From a virus, in the IMG/VR virus record IMGVR_UViG_3300049218_000083, positions 69,861 to 133,860 of that record: DNA of 64,000 nucleotides; one strand, written 5' to 3'. Below the pieces are notes generated by a model that did not search any database, was not told where the DNA came from, and worked only from the letters and a program-made list of their open reading frames with translations. Below are positions 19,543 to 28,382 of this stretch, one piece after another. Position numbers and translations under genes: made by a program. Within the stretch, counting starts at the first letter, position 1, and the number at the start of each line of letters is the position of its first letter.

Positions 19543-20597
19543 GATCCAAATACGTTATTGAGTTGATTGTTTACACGAATGAATTTCGGCTCAATAGCCA
19601 AATCTGTGAGTTTACTGACACCCTGATACGCACATGAAGAACGCAAGCCACCCAGTATTTCGTAGATGGTGTTTCGTACAGGACCACGGTATGGAACCAG
19701 CACTTCTTTGCCTTCGCTGGCTCGATACTCTGCGACTCCACCGTTGTGTTTCTCTTGAGCGATCTTTGATGCCATGCCGTAGAACTTTCGATACTCTGGT
19801 CCGCCAAGCTTCATGGATGTACCAGCGACCTCGCCACCACCCTCATCATGGCCTGCAAGCATACCACCAAGCATCACATAGTCAGCTCCGGCAGCAAATG
19901 CTTTTGCTACGTCACCAGGAGTCGTACAGCCTCCGTCAGCAACTATCTTCGGAGAGCGTAAACCTTTGGGGTTGCGGGTGCCGTAGTGCCCGAAGAGTTT
20001 GGCTGCGCTGACGCATTCCAACACTGCGCTGAACTGTGGATAACCAACACCAGTTAGTTTGCGCGTTGTGCAGACTGAACCAGGACCGATTCCAACCTTG
20101 ACAATATCCGCTCCAGCGTTGGCCAGGTGAAACACGCCATCTTCAGTGACAACGTTCCCAGCCATAACCCAAACACCATGCTTCTTGACTTCGCTTATGA
20201 AGTCAGCTGCTTGCTTGGTGTAACCATTTGCTACATCAACACAAAACATTGGAAGGTTGCCTTCGTAGGCAGTTATGAACTTAAGGAACTTTGCGTAATC
20301 TGCATCGTTGGCACCCATCGAGTAGATGGCGTGAGAATTCATCATCGGCAAACTGAAGAAGTCGAGCAACTGTTCGAGGGTGTAATGCTTGTGCACGGCT
20401 GTCAGCATTCCAAGCTTCGCGAGCTCAATAGCCATCTCGAAGGTCCCGACTCCATCCATGTTAGCTGCGATAATTGGAAGGATGCCTTCCTGATTGCGTA
20501 GAATGACTTCGCCGCGTGAATTTGGACCTTCAGAATTACACTGGGGCAACATCATCACGTCCCCATAGTCCAACTTCACATCTTTTTCGATATGCAT
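19539..20597 (-). CDS. guaC: GMP reductase
   Basis: VDVANGY; AGNVVT; KVGIGPGSVCTTR; FYGMAS; YRASEGK. Confidence 0.93.
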   Translation of the reverse strand: MHIEKDVKLDYGDVMMLPQCNSEGPNSRGEVILRNQEGILPIIAANMDGVGTFEMAIELAKLGMLTAVHKHYTLEQLLDFFSLPMMNSHAIYSMGANDADYAKFLKFITAYEGNLPMFCVDVANGYTKQAADFISEVKKHGVWVMAGNVVTEDGVFHLANAGADIVKVGIGPGSVCTTRKLTGVGYPQFSAVLECVSAAKLFGHYGTRNPKGLRSPKIVADGGCTTPGDVAKAFAAGADYVMLGGMLAGHDEGGGEVAGTSMKLGGPEYRKFYGMASKIAQEKHNGGVAEYRASEGKEVLVPYRGPVRNTIYEILGGLRSSCAYQGVSKLTDLAIEPKFIRVNNQLNNVFGS

Positions 20598-20851
20598 TGC
20601 ATCGCTTCCCGAATCTCGGAATATTCCACTTCGCCAATCAATTCTACGTCGTTATCGGTCTCGATCCATAGCCTAGCACCGCAGGGAAGCGGATTGTCTG
20701 GGCTGTATACCATCTTGCTGGGACCGCTGAAGTGAACTTCGCGGCAGTATCGAGACTTACTTCCTTCCTGTACCCTGCACGGTGCTAGAGTCGTGCCGTG
20801 CTTCTTGTTGAACCGAATCAGATTGACGTTCACGTGGACCAGTCGTTTCAT
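20576..20851 (-). CDS. Conserved phage hypothetical protein
   Basis: VYSPDNPLPCGARLWIETD; overlaps guaC start. Confidence 0.65.
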   Translation of the reverse strand: MKRLVHVNVNLIRFNKKHGTTLAPCRVQEGSKSRYCREVHFSGPSKMVYSPDNPLPCGARLWIETDNDVELIGEVEYSEIREAMQCISKKM

Positions 20852-21041
20852 CTAGCTTGCCCCAAACTGAGTCTAAGAACTCAATTCTACTTCGTAAGCA
20901 AGATGAACAGGGTCTGCACTCGCAGTATGGAGCCGAAAGGCTCTTTGCCTTATGTTCTTTGTGCAGTTTCTTACACGGTTCCGAATGAATCGGACCATAC
21001 GACGGCAGACCCTGCGCGCCGCATTCTGGACACTGGATCAC
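20757..21041 (-). CDS. Cys-rich hypothetical protein
   Basis: CPEC; start overlaps upstream stop, but 95-nt overlap with the next gene. Confidence 0.4.
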   Translation of the reverse strand: MIQCPECGAQGLPSYGPIHSEPCKKLHKEHKAKSLSAPYCECRPCSSCLRSRIEFLDSVWGKLDETTGPRERQSDSVQQEARHDSSTVQGTGRK

Positions 21042-21745
21042 GGTTCGCGATAAAAAGCGTGCTGGCCGATAGTAGCAACCAGATTCTCAGGCGTCGCCCA
21101 GTTGGGAGCCTTAATGTACACAGCGTGATACAGGAGCGCGTCAGCAACTTCATCACTCCGTTCATGCTTGTAGTAAACAGCTTTCGCCATGTCCATGATT
21201 CGGTGATACAAGGAAACTGCGGCGGCATGCCTGGGCTTACAGGTCCAGGAGAACATACAGACTATCTTGTTGCTTGCCTTAGCGACATGCCGTTCGTAAA
21301 CAACTCCGCAGACTGTTTTCGGATAGTCTCGGTTGTAGACACGATTCATCGTGACGGTAGCAACCGCCAGCTTCCCATCGTCAGGCTCGAACGCTGCCTC
21401 GTTGTAGATGTTGTCAGCCAGACACTTGACTTCGTTCTGGATAAAATTGATCTTGGCTTGCCTGTCAGCCTTCTTCTTGGCTTCTTCGGCTTCCTTCTTC
21501 AGAACCTCGGCGCGCTGCGCATCGATCCGGTCCTCATACTGCTTGAGCGACTCAGTCAATGCGGCAATCGTTGCGCGATCCTCGGTCTCTACCTTTAGGA
21601 GCTGCGCCTGGAGATCGACATTCTTTTTATCAGTCTGCTCGGAGTTGACGAAGAACGCCAACGCGAGGACTGCGAAGATCCATGCCCAGTTGAAACGCTT
21701 CGGCTCACGTTCCAGGTCAAAAAGCTTGTCGGATTGTAATCCCAT
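21038..21745 (-). CDS. Cell wall hydrolase, SleB/Hydrolase_2 family
   Basis: CLADNIYNEA..AVATVTMNRV..YPKTVCGVVY..FSW..IGQHAFY; N-terminal TM plus coiled coil. Confidence 0.88.
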   Translation of the reverse strand: MGLQSDKLFDLEREPKRFNWAWIFAVLALAFFVNSEQTDKKNVDLQAQLLKVETEDRATIAALTESLKQYEDRIDAQRAEVLKKEAEEAKKKADRQAKINFIQNEVKCLADNIYNEAAFEPDDGKLAVATVTMNRVYNRDYPKTVCGVVYERHVAKASNKIVCMFSWTCKPRHAAAVSLYHRIMDMAKAVYYKHERSDEVADALLYHAVYIKAPNWATPENLVATIGQHAFYREP

Positions 21746-21816
21746 AAGTCACCTCGTTCATGATAAAGCGATAACCAACGCTCGTAATTATGGGTGAGAC
21801 TAAGCTAGAACGAAAG

Positions 21817-22524
21817 TCATTCGTGCAGTTCTTCGTAGCGAATTCGCGCTATTATGTAAGCTTTCACCAGTGGTCCACGCACAATATCGTCGACACCCAT
21901 CTGGATGAAGTCAAACTGAGGCACCTGTTCGAGAATCGCTTTGAACTTGACGAAACCTGTCGTATCGTTCTTTTTTACAGTCAAGTCGTTCTGATAGAAA
22001 TCGCCGCAGAAAACTACTCGGCAGTTGTTGCCTATGCGGGTGATGATCGTGTTTAGTTCTTCGAACTTCATGTTCTGGAACTCATCGATAATTACGATAC
22101 AATTCTGGAATGTGTTACCACGCAAAAACGAAGTCGTGACGAACTCTACGATCCCTTCTTCCTTCAGCTTGTCATACGCATCAGCGCGTCCAAACAACTC
22201 TGTGAAGATGGCTGCATATGGTGGCTCGTAGATTGCTGCCTTCTCTTCAGCAGAACCTGGAAGGAAGCCGACGTCTCTAGATGGAACGGCTGATCGGACG
22301 ATCAGAATTTTCTTGTATGGTGATGTCACAGGAAGCATCTCCCTGAGACCAAGGAACAGACTCAGGAATGACTTACCAGTTCCTGGACAACCGTGCAAGA
22401 AGATGTATTTTCCATTGGCATATGACTCGAACAGCTTGTGTTGATTTGGTGTGAGCGGTTTGATCTCTTTTAGCGTAAGTCCCAACCTGCTGAATGCTGA
22501 TTGCTGCCTTTGCTTCTTAGCCAT
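21817..22524 (-). CDS. phoH: PhoH-family ATPase
   Basis: GCPGTGKS; GFLPG; SFLRGNTF; IIDEFQN; GDFYQND; DIVR. Confidence 0.93.
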   Translation of the reverse strand: MAKKQRQQSAFSRLGLTLKEIKPLTPNQHKLFESYANGKYIFLHGCPGTGKSFLSLFLGLREMLPVTSPYKKILIVRSAVPSRDVGFLPGSAEEKAAIYEPPYAAIFTELFGRADAYDKLKEEGIVEFVTTSFLRGNTFQNCIVIIDEFQNMKFEELNTIITRIGNNCRVVFCGDFYQNDLTVKKNDTTGFVKFKAILEQVPQFDFIQMGVDDIVRGPLVKAYIIARIRYEELHE

Positions 22525-22557
22525 TGAAAGTCTTCCTTTGTTGTTGCTGTGTTCACG

Positions 22558-23016
22558 TTAGTTCAATGTTCTTTTTGGAGACAAGTCATCTTCGGTGTAT
22601 TGAGCCTTCGCATCGTCGCAGTCATCTTCGACTAATGAGAGCTCGTCAGCCTCGAATGCGTTTATGTCTTCATCATGACCATCATACAAACCGATGTACG
22701 CTTCTGGATCTTCTTCGCCAGTAACGGTGTTGATACCAGTGTACAAAACAGAGAATGGGTGGACCTTAGCTTGGCAGTCTTCACAAAGGAATTCTTCGAT
22801 GAGGTTGTCGTATCCGTCATCGATAAGGATGCAGATACCTTCGTGGCCGGCATGAACGGCACACATTTTGGTTTTGTCGCGGGGATCAGGAATGAGAAGT
22901 GCTTTGGAACGGTTTTCCTGAGGCATCCATTCCAGTACTTGATTGAGAGCAGTGGTAAGGATAGTGACAACATCATCATGACTAAGGGAAGTCTTCTTGT
23001 CGTCGTCACTCACCAT
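22558..23016 (-). CDS. Acidic hypothetical protein
   Basis: ORF with AGGAG RBS; CEDC. Confidence 0.6.
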   Translation of the reverse strand: MVSDDDKKTSLSHDDVVTILTTALNQVLEWMPQENRSKALLIPDPRDKTKMCAVHAGHEGICILIDDGYDNLIEEFLCEDCQAKVHPFSVLYTGINTVTGEEDPEAYIGLYDGHDEDINAFEADELSLVEDDCDDAKAQYTEDDLSPKRTLN

Positions 23017-23035
23017 CGCTCTCCTGTTAGAAAAG

Positions 23036-23320
23036 AGTGGCAGCTTATGAGGAACCCGGAAAGCTGCCGAAACCTGGTGAGAAATTACGCTGCTAGGCGG
23101 AATTCCTCAGATGCATTTTCAGTTGCATTTATACTGTTTTGCTTCATTTAGATGGTCGAACCACCAAGACGATAGCTTGTCTGTTGCCTTTACTTTTATC
23201 TCTTCCCGTCGAAAACTATTTCGCCCCCGAAGGTCGCCTAGCAGGGCGATAGTGGTGGAGGCGTCGGTTTCGCAACCGAGTCCGCAAAGCATTATAGCAA
23301 AGGAATTACAACATTCTGTT
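23036..23320 (-). ncRNA. ssrA: Circularly permuted (two-piece) tmRNA
   Basis: T-arm plus CGCCTCC-A-CCA (ends 23253), 24-nt spacer hairpin, then GGGGGCG..TTCGAC (G1=23228); G3-U70; tag ATENASEEFRLAA* at 23126-23085 after ATAAAT; P2 pairing; 3' hairpin GGCAGCTT/AAGCTGCC. Confidence 0.92.
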
Positions 23321-23908
23321 CATTTTATTTAGAGATTCATATTCGGTTCTATAGAACTCTCTTCTTTCAATTTTATTTAGCCCCTCATCAAGATTTGTCA
23401 AAAGTCCACCATGAGCAACCAACCCAAATATGTCAATTAACTTTGATTCATAGGATAATGCGTCAAGTTCGGAAATGTCAGTTATAAGTTTTACAACTTT
23501 TACTTCTTCACCAAAAGCCTCAATTTTTAATTTTATTTTTCTATGGGTCTCATTTCTATTTAATTCGTAACATCTATTACCCATACCCTTTCCAATGTAA
23601 AATGGCATATGTGTCATACCAAGAGTTGCGCCAAATGTAGTTTGCCCAGCTCTACCAATAGCAATTTTTTTAGTTGTATCTAAATGAGCATAAACATAAT
23701 ATTCTTTATTCGGATCTAATTCCAAATTCGAATACACAGATTTTATATCTGTATCATAAATTTTTCTACAATTATCAATTATTTGTCTAACCTTTTCGTT
23801 TTTTGATGGTTTATTTGATATTTGGGCAAGTCGACCCTTGACCTTACCGTAGTGTTCAAGTAACTTGACTGGGTCATCCCAGTCAAGTATAAATGTCTTT
23901 TCGTTCAT
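23306..23908 (-). CDS. GIY-YIG (LEM3-like) endonuclease, very AT-rich
   Basis: YYVYAHLD..PFYIGKGMGNR..ALSYESKLIDIFG..LTN; 3' end overlaps tmRNA 5' end. Confidence 0.78.
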   Translation of the reverse strand: MNEKTFILDWDDPVKLLEHYGKVKGRLAQISNKPSKNEKVRQIIDNCRKIYDTDIKSVYSNLELDPNKEYYVYAHLDTTKKIAIGRAGQTTFGATLGMTHMPFYIGKGMGNRCYELNRNETHRKIKLKIEAFGEEVKVVKLITDISELDALSYESKLIDIFGLVAHGGLLTNLDEGLNKIERREFYRTEYESLNKMNRML

Positions 23909-24555
23909 TTGAACCTCAACTTTTTGTATGAAAGAAGACGTTTTCTCTTGCCCGCAGGGATCGGAGCAGTTGCAAACGCTGTCATCACATTGCCAATGTC
24001 CGGTTCATAAAACGGATAGGTCGTAACACCAAGTTCCTTACAGTCATTGAGAGCTACAGCCATCTCACTTAAATCATGAACTCCTATCACTGCGAAGTAA
24101 AGCTCATCAAAGAATGATTGACTGAGAGCACCACTACGATGACCCATCTTCGCAGCAGCATGTGATGCCTGAACCAGCTGATACTCAGGTGAGATATCCT
24201 GGCGAACGAAAATGTAAATGTAATGGCGGTCAGTTGGTGCTGGCTCGTATGACTTATACAGTTCCTTGAGAACTTCATGGAAACGCTTGCGCTCTTCCTC
24301 TGTCTCGCAGAATGTTTCAGTCGCCCACTGGGCTTCTCTGAGTGCAACCGCAACGGTGTCATATGGCAAACGACCGTTGTCAAGTTTCTTCTTTCTGGTG
24401 ATTGGACTGAATCCGGAACGGATGATTTGGTTGGCGACCTTTACTGCGTCGTCACCATACTCCATACCGATGCAGATAGCACGTTGAACAACATGCCATC
24501 GTTCGAGTTGCTTGGTCTTAGCCAAGTCTTTGAAAATTGCTCTAAAGTTCTTCAT
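23905..24555 (-). CDS. Peptidyl-tRNA hydrolase 2 (PTH2)-like domain protein with N-terminal extension
   Basis: YIFVRQDISPEYQLVQASHAA..FYEPDIGNVMTAFATAP. Confidence 0.75.
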   Translation of the reverse strand: MKNFRAIFKDLAKTKQLERWHVVQRAICIGMEYGDDAVKVANQIIRSGFSPITRKKKLDNGRLPYDTVAVALREAQWATETFCETEEERKRFHEVLKELYKSYEPAPTDRHYIYIFVRQDISPEYQLVQASHAAAKMGHRSGALSQSFFDELYFAVIGVHDLSEMAVALNDCKELGVTTYPFYEPDIGNVMTAFATAPIPAGKRKRLLSYKKLRFK

Positions 24556-24774
24556 TGAAATTCTCCATCTATTGATACTGAATGATAATCGTCTCAAGCA
24601 GTAGCAACGAGGAGGACCTCGCGCATAACAAAAGTTCTACGTGTCAGGAACCTAGATTTCGAATTCTTGTTTCATAATTATGTCCTTGGTGGAATATCGC
24701 CCCAACCAGTGGATGCATTTCCACCTGGAAGGATAGCGACCCAGCCGTCTTTTTCGAACCAAGTCTTGACCATG

Positions 24775-25128
24775 TTAGCTCTTCTTGTGGAACAAGCCAG
24801 AAATCTTGTTTTCGGTTTCATGAAGAAGCGCAAGAGCGTCAGCTTCAAGCTTCTTAGCTTCGTCTTCGACCTTGTCTACAAAGCTCTCAGCAGTGTTTGC
24901 AGCGGTCTTCTCGTCAGCCTTTACGGTTGATACGACGGTGTTGGCTTCAGCCTTCACATCGGTTTCAACTTTCGGCCAGTCCTTTTCGAACAGGGAGAAA
25001 ATTGCGCGACCTTCTTCATCGACCTTGCCAGTTGCCTTAGCAGCTGCTGGAAGCAAGTTGCCTTCGATTACAACGACGGCAGAACGATCGACCTTGTCAA
25101 GCTTTTGGATCAGTGTTACAAGACTCAT
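24775..25128 (-). CDS. Helical Ala/Lys/Glu-rich hypothetical protein
   Basis: ORF with GGAG RBS. Confidence 0.6.
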   Translation of the reverse strand: MSLVTLIQKLDKVDRSAVVVIEGNLLPAAAKATGKVDEEGRAIFSLFEKDWPKVETDVKAEANTVVSTVKADEKTAANTAESFVDKVEDEAKKLEADALALLHETENKISGLFHKKS

Positions 25129-25144
25129 ATTTCTCTCCAGGAAG

Positions 25145-25221
25145 TGGCGCGCGAGGCGGGCATCGAACCCGCAACCTTCAGTTTTAGAGACTGCGCTCTA
25201 GCCAAGTTGAGCTACACGCGC
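25145..25221 (-). tRNA. Amber suppressor tRNA (anticodon CUA), Trp-like body
   Basis: Loop CTCTAAA; TTCGA T-loop; G73; encoded CCA. Confidence 0.88.
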
Positions 25222-25236
25222 ATCGTTACTTCCTAT

Positions 25237-25734
25237 TTAGCCTTGCGGACCCTTCGGTGGAAGCTGACGGTGAGGAGCACCATGCTGTTCCATCGCACAA
25301 ACACCCATTCCTGCAACCTTCCGCATGATGTCCAGAGCCTTCGGCTTCGCAGTGTTGCTTGCTTCACGACTCAGGATATGCTTCGCTTCGTTGATGTAGT
25401 CTTCCATGTAAGTGAACCACTCTTCCAACGAATGCTTACCTTCCGTTTCGTATGCACGTTCGCTATCTAGCGCCGCATACACCTGGGCTCGGCTTGCTGT
25501 CATCACTGCGTTTCCACGCTTGCTGAATTGTGCTTCAGCCTGTGCCAACACTCCGGAATTGATCGAACCATAGTTCGAGAACCAGCTACCGACCACCAGT
25601 CCTTCATGACTGACTCGTACAGAAATCGTTCCGTTGTCGAGATTCTCTACCTTGACATCGGCACCAAGTCTGCCAACCTTTGCTGCGTCAAGCATGAAAG
25701 CCTTGACATCTGTATACTGTTTTGCGTTTGACAT
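25237..25734 (-). CDS. Hypothetical protein
   Basis: 165-aa ORF with helical C-terminal domain. Confidence 0.6.
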   Translation of the reverse strand: MSNAKQYTDVKAFMLDAAKVGRLGADVKVENLDNGTISVRVSHEGLVVGSWFSNYGSINSGVLAQAEAQFSKRGNAVMTASRAQVYAALDSERAYETEGKHSLEEWFTYMEDYINEAKHILSREASNTAKPKALDIMRKVAGMGVCAMEQHGAPHRQLPPKGPQG

Positions 25735-25735
25735 G

Positions 25736-26059
25736 TTACATTAACCCCAATCGTTGTTTCTCTTGTATCTCAGCTATCTTCGCCTGGATGTCAGCTTGAC
25801 GTTTCCGCTCAGCAATCACATGCTCCAATTTCTGAAACGCTTGTTCCTGAACTATTGCGGCCAGCAACGTGCTTTGGTCAACCAACGCAGTATGCCAAAC
25901 CCCAACTCCTCCACCGACCTCGTCCGAAATGTATTCTCGACAGCCTGTGGCTTCATCAACTTTCCAATAAAGAGTACAGCCATTGGGCAATCTTACTTCG
26001 CCTGTTGTGGGTGGCGGTGGAAAAGTATCACCCAATGGCTTGTACAAGTCTTCGATCAT
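25736..26059 (-). CDS. Hypothetical protein
   Basis: Start MIEDLYK coupled to upstream stop. Confidence 0.55.
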   Translation of the reverse strand: MIEDLYKPLGDTFPPPPTTGEVRLPNGCTLYWKVDEATGCREYISDEVGGGVGVWHTALVDQSTLLAAIVQEQAFQKLEHVIAERKRQADIQAKIAEIQEKQRLGLM

Positions 26060-26208
26060 TCTATCGGATCCTTGCTGTTCCAAAACACATTTTCCTGAAC
26101 GATCACACCTTCGTATCGACAATCAGCTCTATGTGATGCAATTTTCGTCCAAACGTACACATCACGTTTGAACGTGTCACCAATTGCTAGATCGCCGAAT
26201 GTCTTCAT
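26056..26208 (-). CDS. Small hypothetical protein (50 aa)
   Basis: MKTFGDLAIGDTF..; ATGA overlaps on both sides. Confidence 0.55.
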   Translation of the reverse strand: MKTFGDLAIGDTFKRDVYVWTKIASHRADCRYEGVIVQENVFWNSKDPIE

Positions 26209-26927
26209 TTCTTCTTTTCAGCCTTCTTTTTGGCTTCCTTCTCAGCGTTCAGTCGTTCCTGGAACGCAAGAGGGTCATCCATAAATTCCTGGAGACGCTG
26301 TTGGCCTTTGTATGACGGTTCAATGAACACGGCAGGCATTGGCGTTTCTTCAACAGCCATTATTATAACTGATTGCTGTGGCATTTCTCCAAATCTTTCC
26401 TGGTACATGCGAGAATAAATCGCAGTCTGTATCCAGTAAGTCGTAATCCATTCTTCCTGCTTCTCACGCGTGGACGTCTTCAAGTCAACCGTCGAAAAGA
26501 TCCGATCATAGTCAGCCATGATATCAGGCGTGCCAGCAAGTTTCAGTTCATCGCTGTAGATAGCCTTTTCCATCATACGGATGTTGTTCAGTTTCTCGAG
26601 CTCCGGCTTGATCTTCAGGAATAGAGCCTTGTTGAACAAATCTTCATTGAGCATCTTACGATAGCCGAGCTCATCGTTCATCAGATACTTCTCAGTCATC
26701 TTGTGAACATACGAGCCACGATCTGTAGCATGACGCGACTGACTAGCAGCTTTTGCTTCACCAATGCGCTTCTTCCACTTGACGAGGAAGGACTTGTCCC
26801 AGTGTCGACCGATGTACGTTGTTACGGACTCATACCGAGCACCCTCGGGAGTCAAATAGTGACGTACACCGTCTTCCGCCGTGTGAACTGACATCACAGG
26901 CGGAGTTACAAAACAATGATTAAACAT
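26205..26927 (-). CDS. PD-(D/E)XK RecB/Cas4-like exonuclease
   Basis: YESVTT; ATDRGSYVH; AGTPD..VDLKTS; QTAIY. Confidence 0.85.
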   Translation of the reverse strand: MFNHCFVTPPVMSVHTAEDGVRHYLTPEGARYESVTTYIGRHWDKSFLVKWKKRIGEAKAASQSRHATDRGSYVHKMTEKYLMNDELGYRKMLNEDLFNKALFLKIKPELEKLNNIRMMEKAIYSDELKLAGTPDIMADYDRIFSTVDLKTSTREKQEEWITTYWIQTAIYSRMYQERFGEMPQQSVIIMAVEETPMPAVFIEPSYKGQQRLQEFMDDPLAFQERLNAEKEAKKKAEKKK

Positions 26928-27172
26928 TAGAACAGTGGCTTCTTACAGGTTTCGATCAACGCGAGATGCGCAGGCTTGCCGATAATAGCAAGGATTTCTT
27001 TCTCAGACTTGTCGCGCAGAACCACGGTTCTTCCATCGTTGTACGTGATGAAAGCTTCGGTGACGATGCCACATTCAACAGTCACTCTGGCACTGACCAC
27101 TTCAGGTGTCGATTCAGCGGCAAATGTTGCGGTGGCGAGCAGCGCTGCGGCTGCAATCAATAGCTTCTTCAT
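26927..27172 (-). CDS. Small secreted hypothetical protein
   Basis: Signal peptide MKKLLIAAAALLATATFA. Confidence 0.6.
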   Translation of the reverse strand: MKKLLIAAAALLATATFAAESTPEVVSARVTVECGIVTEAFITYNDGRTVVLRDKSEKEILAIIGKPAHLALIETCKKPLF

Positions 27173-27180
27173 GGTGCCTC

Positions 27181-27342
27181 CTAGCGGATCTTCATTCTCT
27201 GTGCACCACGACCAGTGTTTTTGATTCGGCGTGGTTGCACTTTGGTTGCTGACTGTTGCTTCAGCATGTCGATGGTGATCTGGGTCTTCTTCTGACCCTT
27301 GACCATTGCTCTTTGTCTGTTGAACTGTTTGACGTTTGGCAT
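27181..27342 (-). CDS. Small basic hypothetical protein (53 aa)
   Basis: Manual translation MPNVKQFNRQR..; TAATG coupling. Confidence 0.5.
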   Translation of the reverse strand: MPNVKQFNRQRAMVKGQKKTQITIDMLKQQSATKVQPRRIKNTGRGAQRMKIR

Positions 27343-27740
27343 TAGCGTGCGAACTTCGTTTTCTTCATGTCACGAATCTTTTCAGCTGCCTTTCGGCCAG
27401 CCTTACGATGCTTGTCGACGACCTCGCGTGTGCGAATTTCCTTGATCGTCTTGTTCTTTCTGTAACGAGCCGCAAGAGGCGAAGAAGGATGAGCCTCGCC
27501 TATCTTAGCCAGCACTTCTTTGAACGTGTCTGGCTGGCGCGTCTCAACACCGCTGCCGAAGGTTTTGCCTTCGTAGGTCACAGCTGGCGCAGTGCCGATG
27601 TACCGTTCAAGCTGCGGATAGGCGGCAGCGAACTCATCGTACTCCGACATCTTAATGTTGACTTCGATGATGGTTCCAATCTCAAGAACGTTTCCATCCT
27701 TGTCCTTGAGATTACCGATGACCTTGAAATCGTACAGCAT
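27342..27740 (-). CDS. Conserved T4-like hypothetical protein (FmdB-like lineage)
   Basis: MSEYDEF..PQLERY..FKEVLAKIGEAHP. Confidence 0.6.
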   Translation of the reverse strand: MLYDFKVIGNLKDKDGNVLEIGTIIEVNIKMSEYDEFAAAYPQLERYIGTAPAVTYEGKTFGSGVETRQPDTFKEVLAKIGEAHPSSPLAARYRKNKTIKEIRTREVVDKHRKAGRKAAEKIRDMKKTKFAR

Positions 27741-27931
27741 TATTCGTCTCTCCAGATCGCGGTTTTGATCAGTCCGATTTGGAAGAACTGATTGTATTCC
27801 GCTTGTTGTTGTGGGTTGAGGCGATCCAGATACCAATTGTCACACAGGAACTGGTATGCCTCAACCTTGTCTTCGACTTTTGCTCCGGAGTTGATTTCAA
27901 CAACTCGGAGAGCCGTTTCGAGAAGAATCAT
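27740..27931 (-). CDS. Hypothetical protein
   Basis: 63-aa coupled ORF. Confidence 0.5.
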   Translation of the reverse strand: MILLETALRVVEINSGAKVEDKVEAYQFLCDNWYLDRLNPQQQAEYNQFFQIGLIKTAIWRDE

Positions 27932-27933
27932 GC

Positions 27934-28344
27934 TTATTCCTCGTAGCGAGTGCTTCCGCCACCGAAACCGCTGAGCGAAGAAATCGTGTCAGCCAGTTCG
28001 CGCTCAGAAACGACGTCAGTCTTGGCTACGTCCAAGTCGTCGGCGATCGTAGAAATTGCGGCGACGACATCCTTCTTCTTTTCAGTCTTAGGAGTAGAAC
28101 TCTTCGATCCCTTGCGAAATTCCGGGACGGTGATCTCGGACGCATTCACCAGCTTGTACGCGGTGACATTATTGCCGTCCTTGACCGACTCGAACTTGGC
28201 TTTGAACTTCTTGGTCAACTTGTGAATGTACACAGCGACCGAGGAAGTGCTAATATTCATCGCCGAAGCGATAGTGCCGACTTCAACAGCCGTGCCACTC
28301 TTCAGCAACTGGAACAACCGAAAATGACGTGTTTGCTTAACCAT
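27934..28344 (-). CDS. HTH DNA-binding protein
   Basis: LFQLLKSG..IASAMNISTSSVAVYIHKL. Confidence 0.65.
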   Translation of the reverse strand: MVKQTRHFRLFQLLKSGTAVEVGTIASAMNISTSSVAVYIHKLTKKFKAKFESVKDGNNVTAYKLVNASEITVPEFRKGSKSSTPKTEKKKDVVAAISTIADDLDVAKTDVVSERELADTISSLSGFGGGSTRYEE

Positions 28345-28382
28345 AAATGTACCTCTGTTTCAATAATACCTGTTTCAAATTG

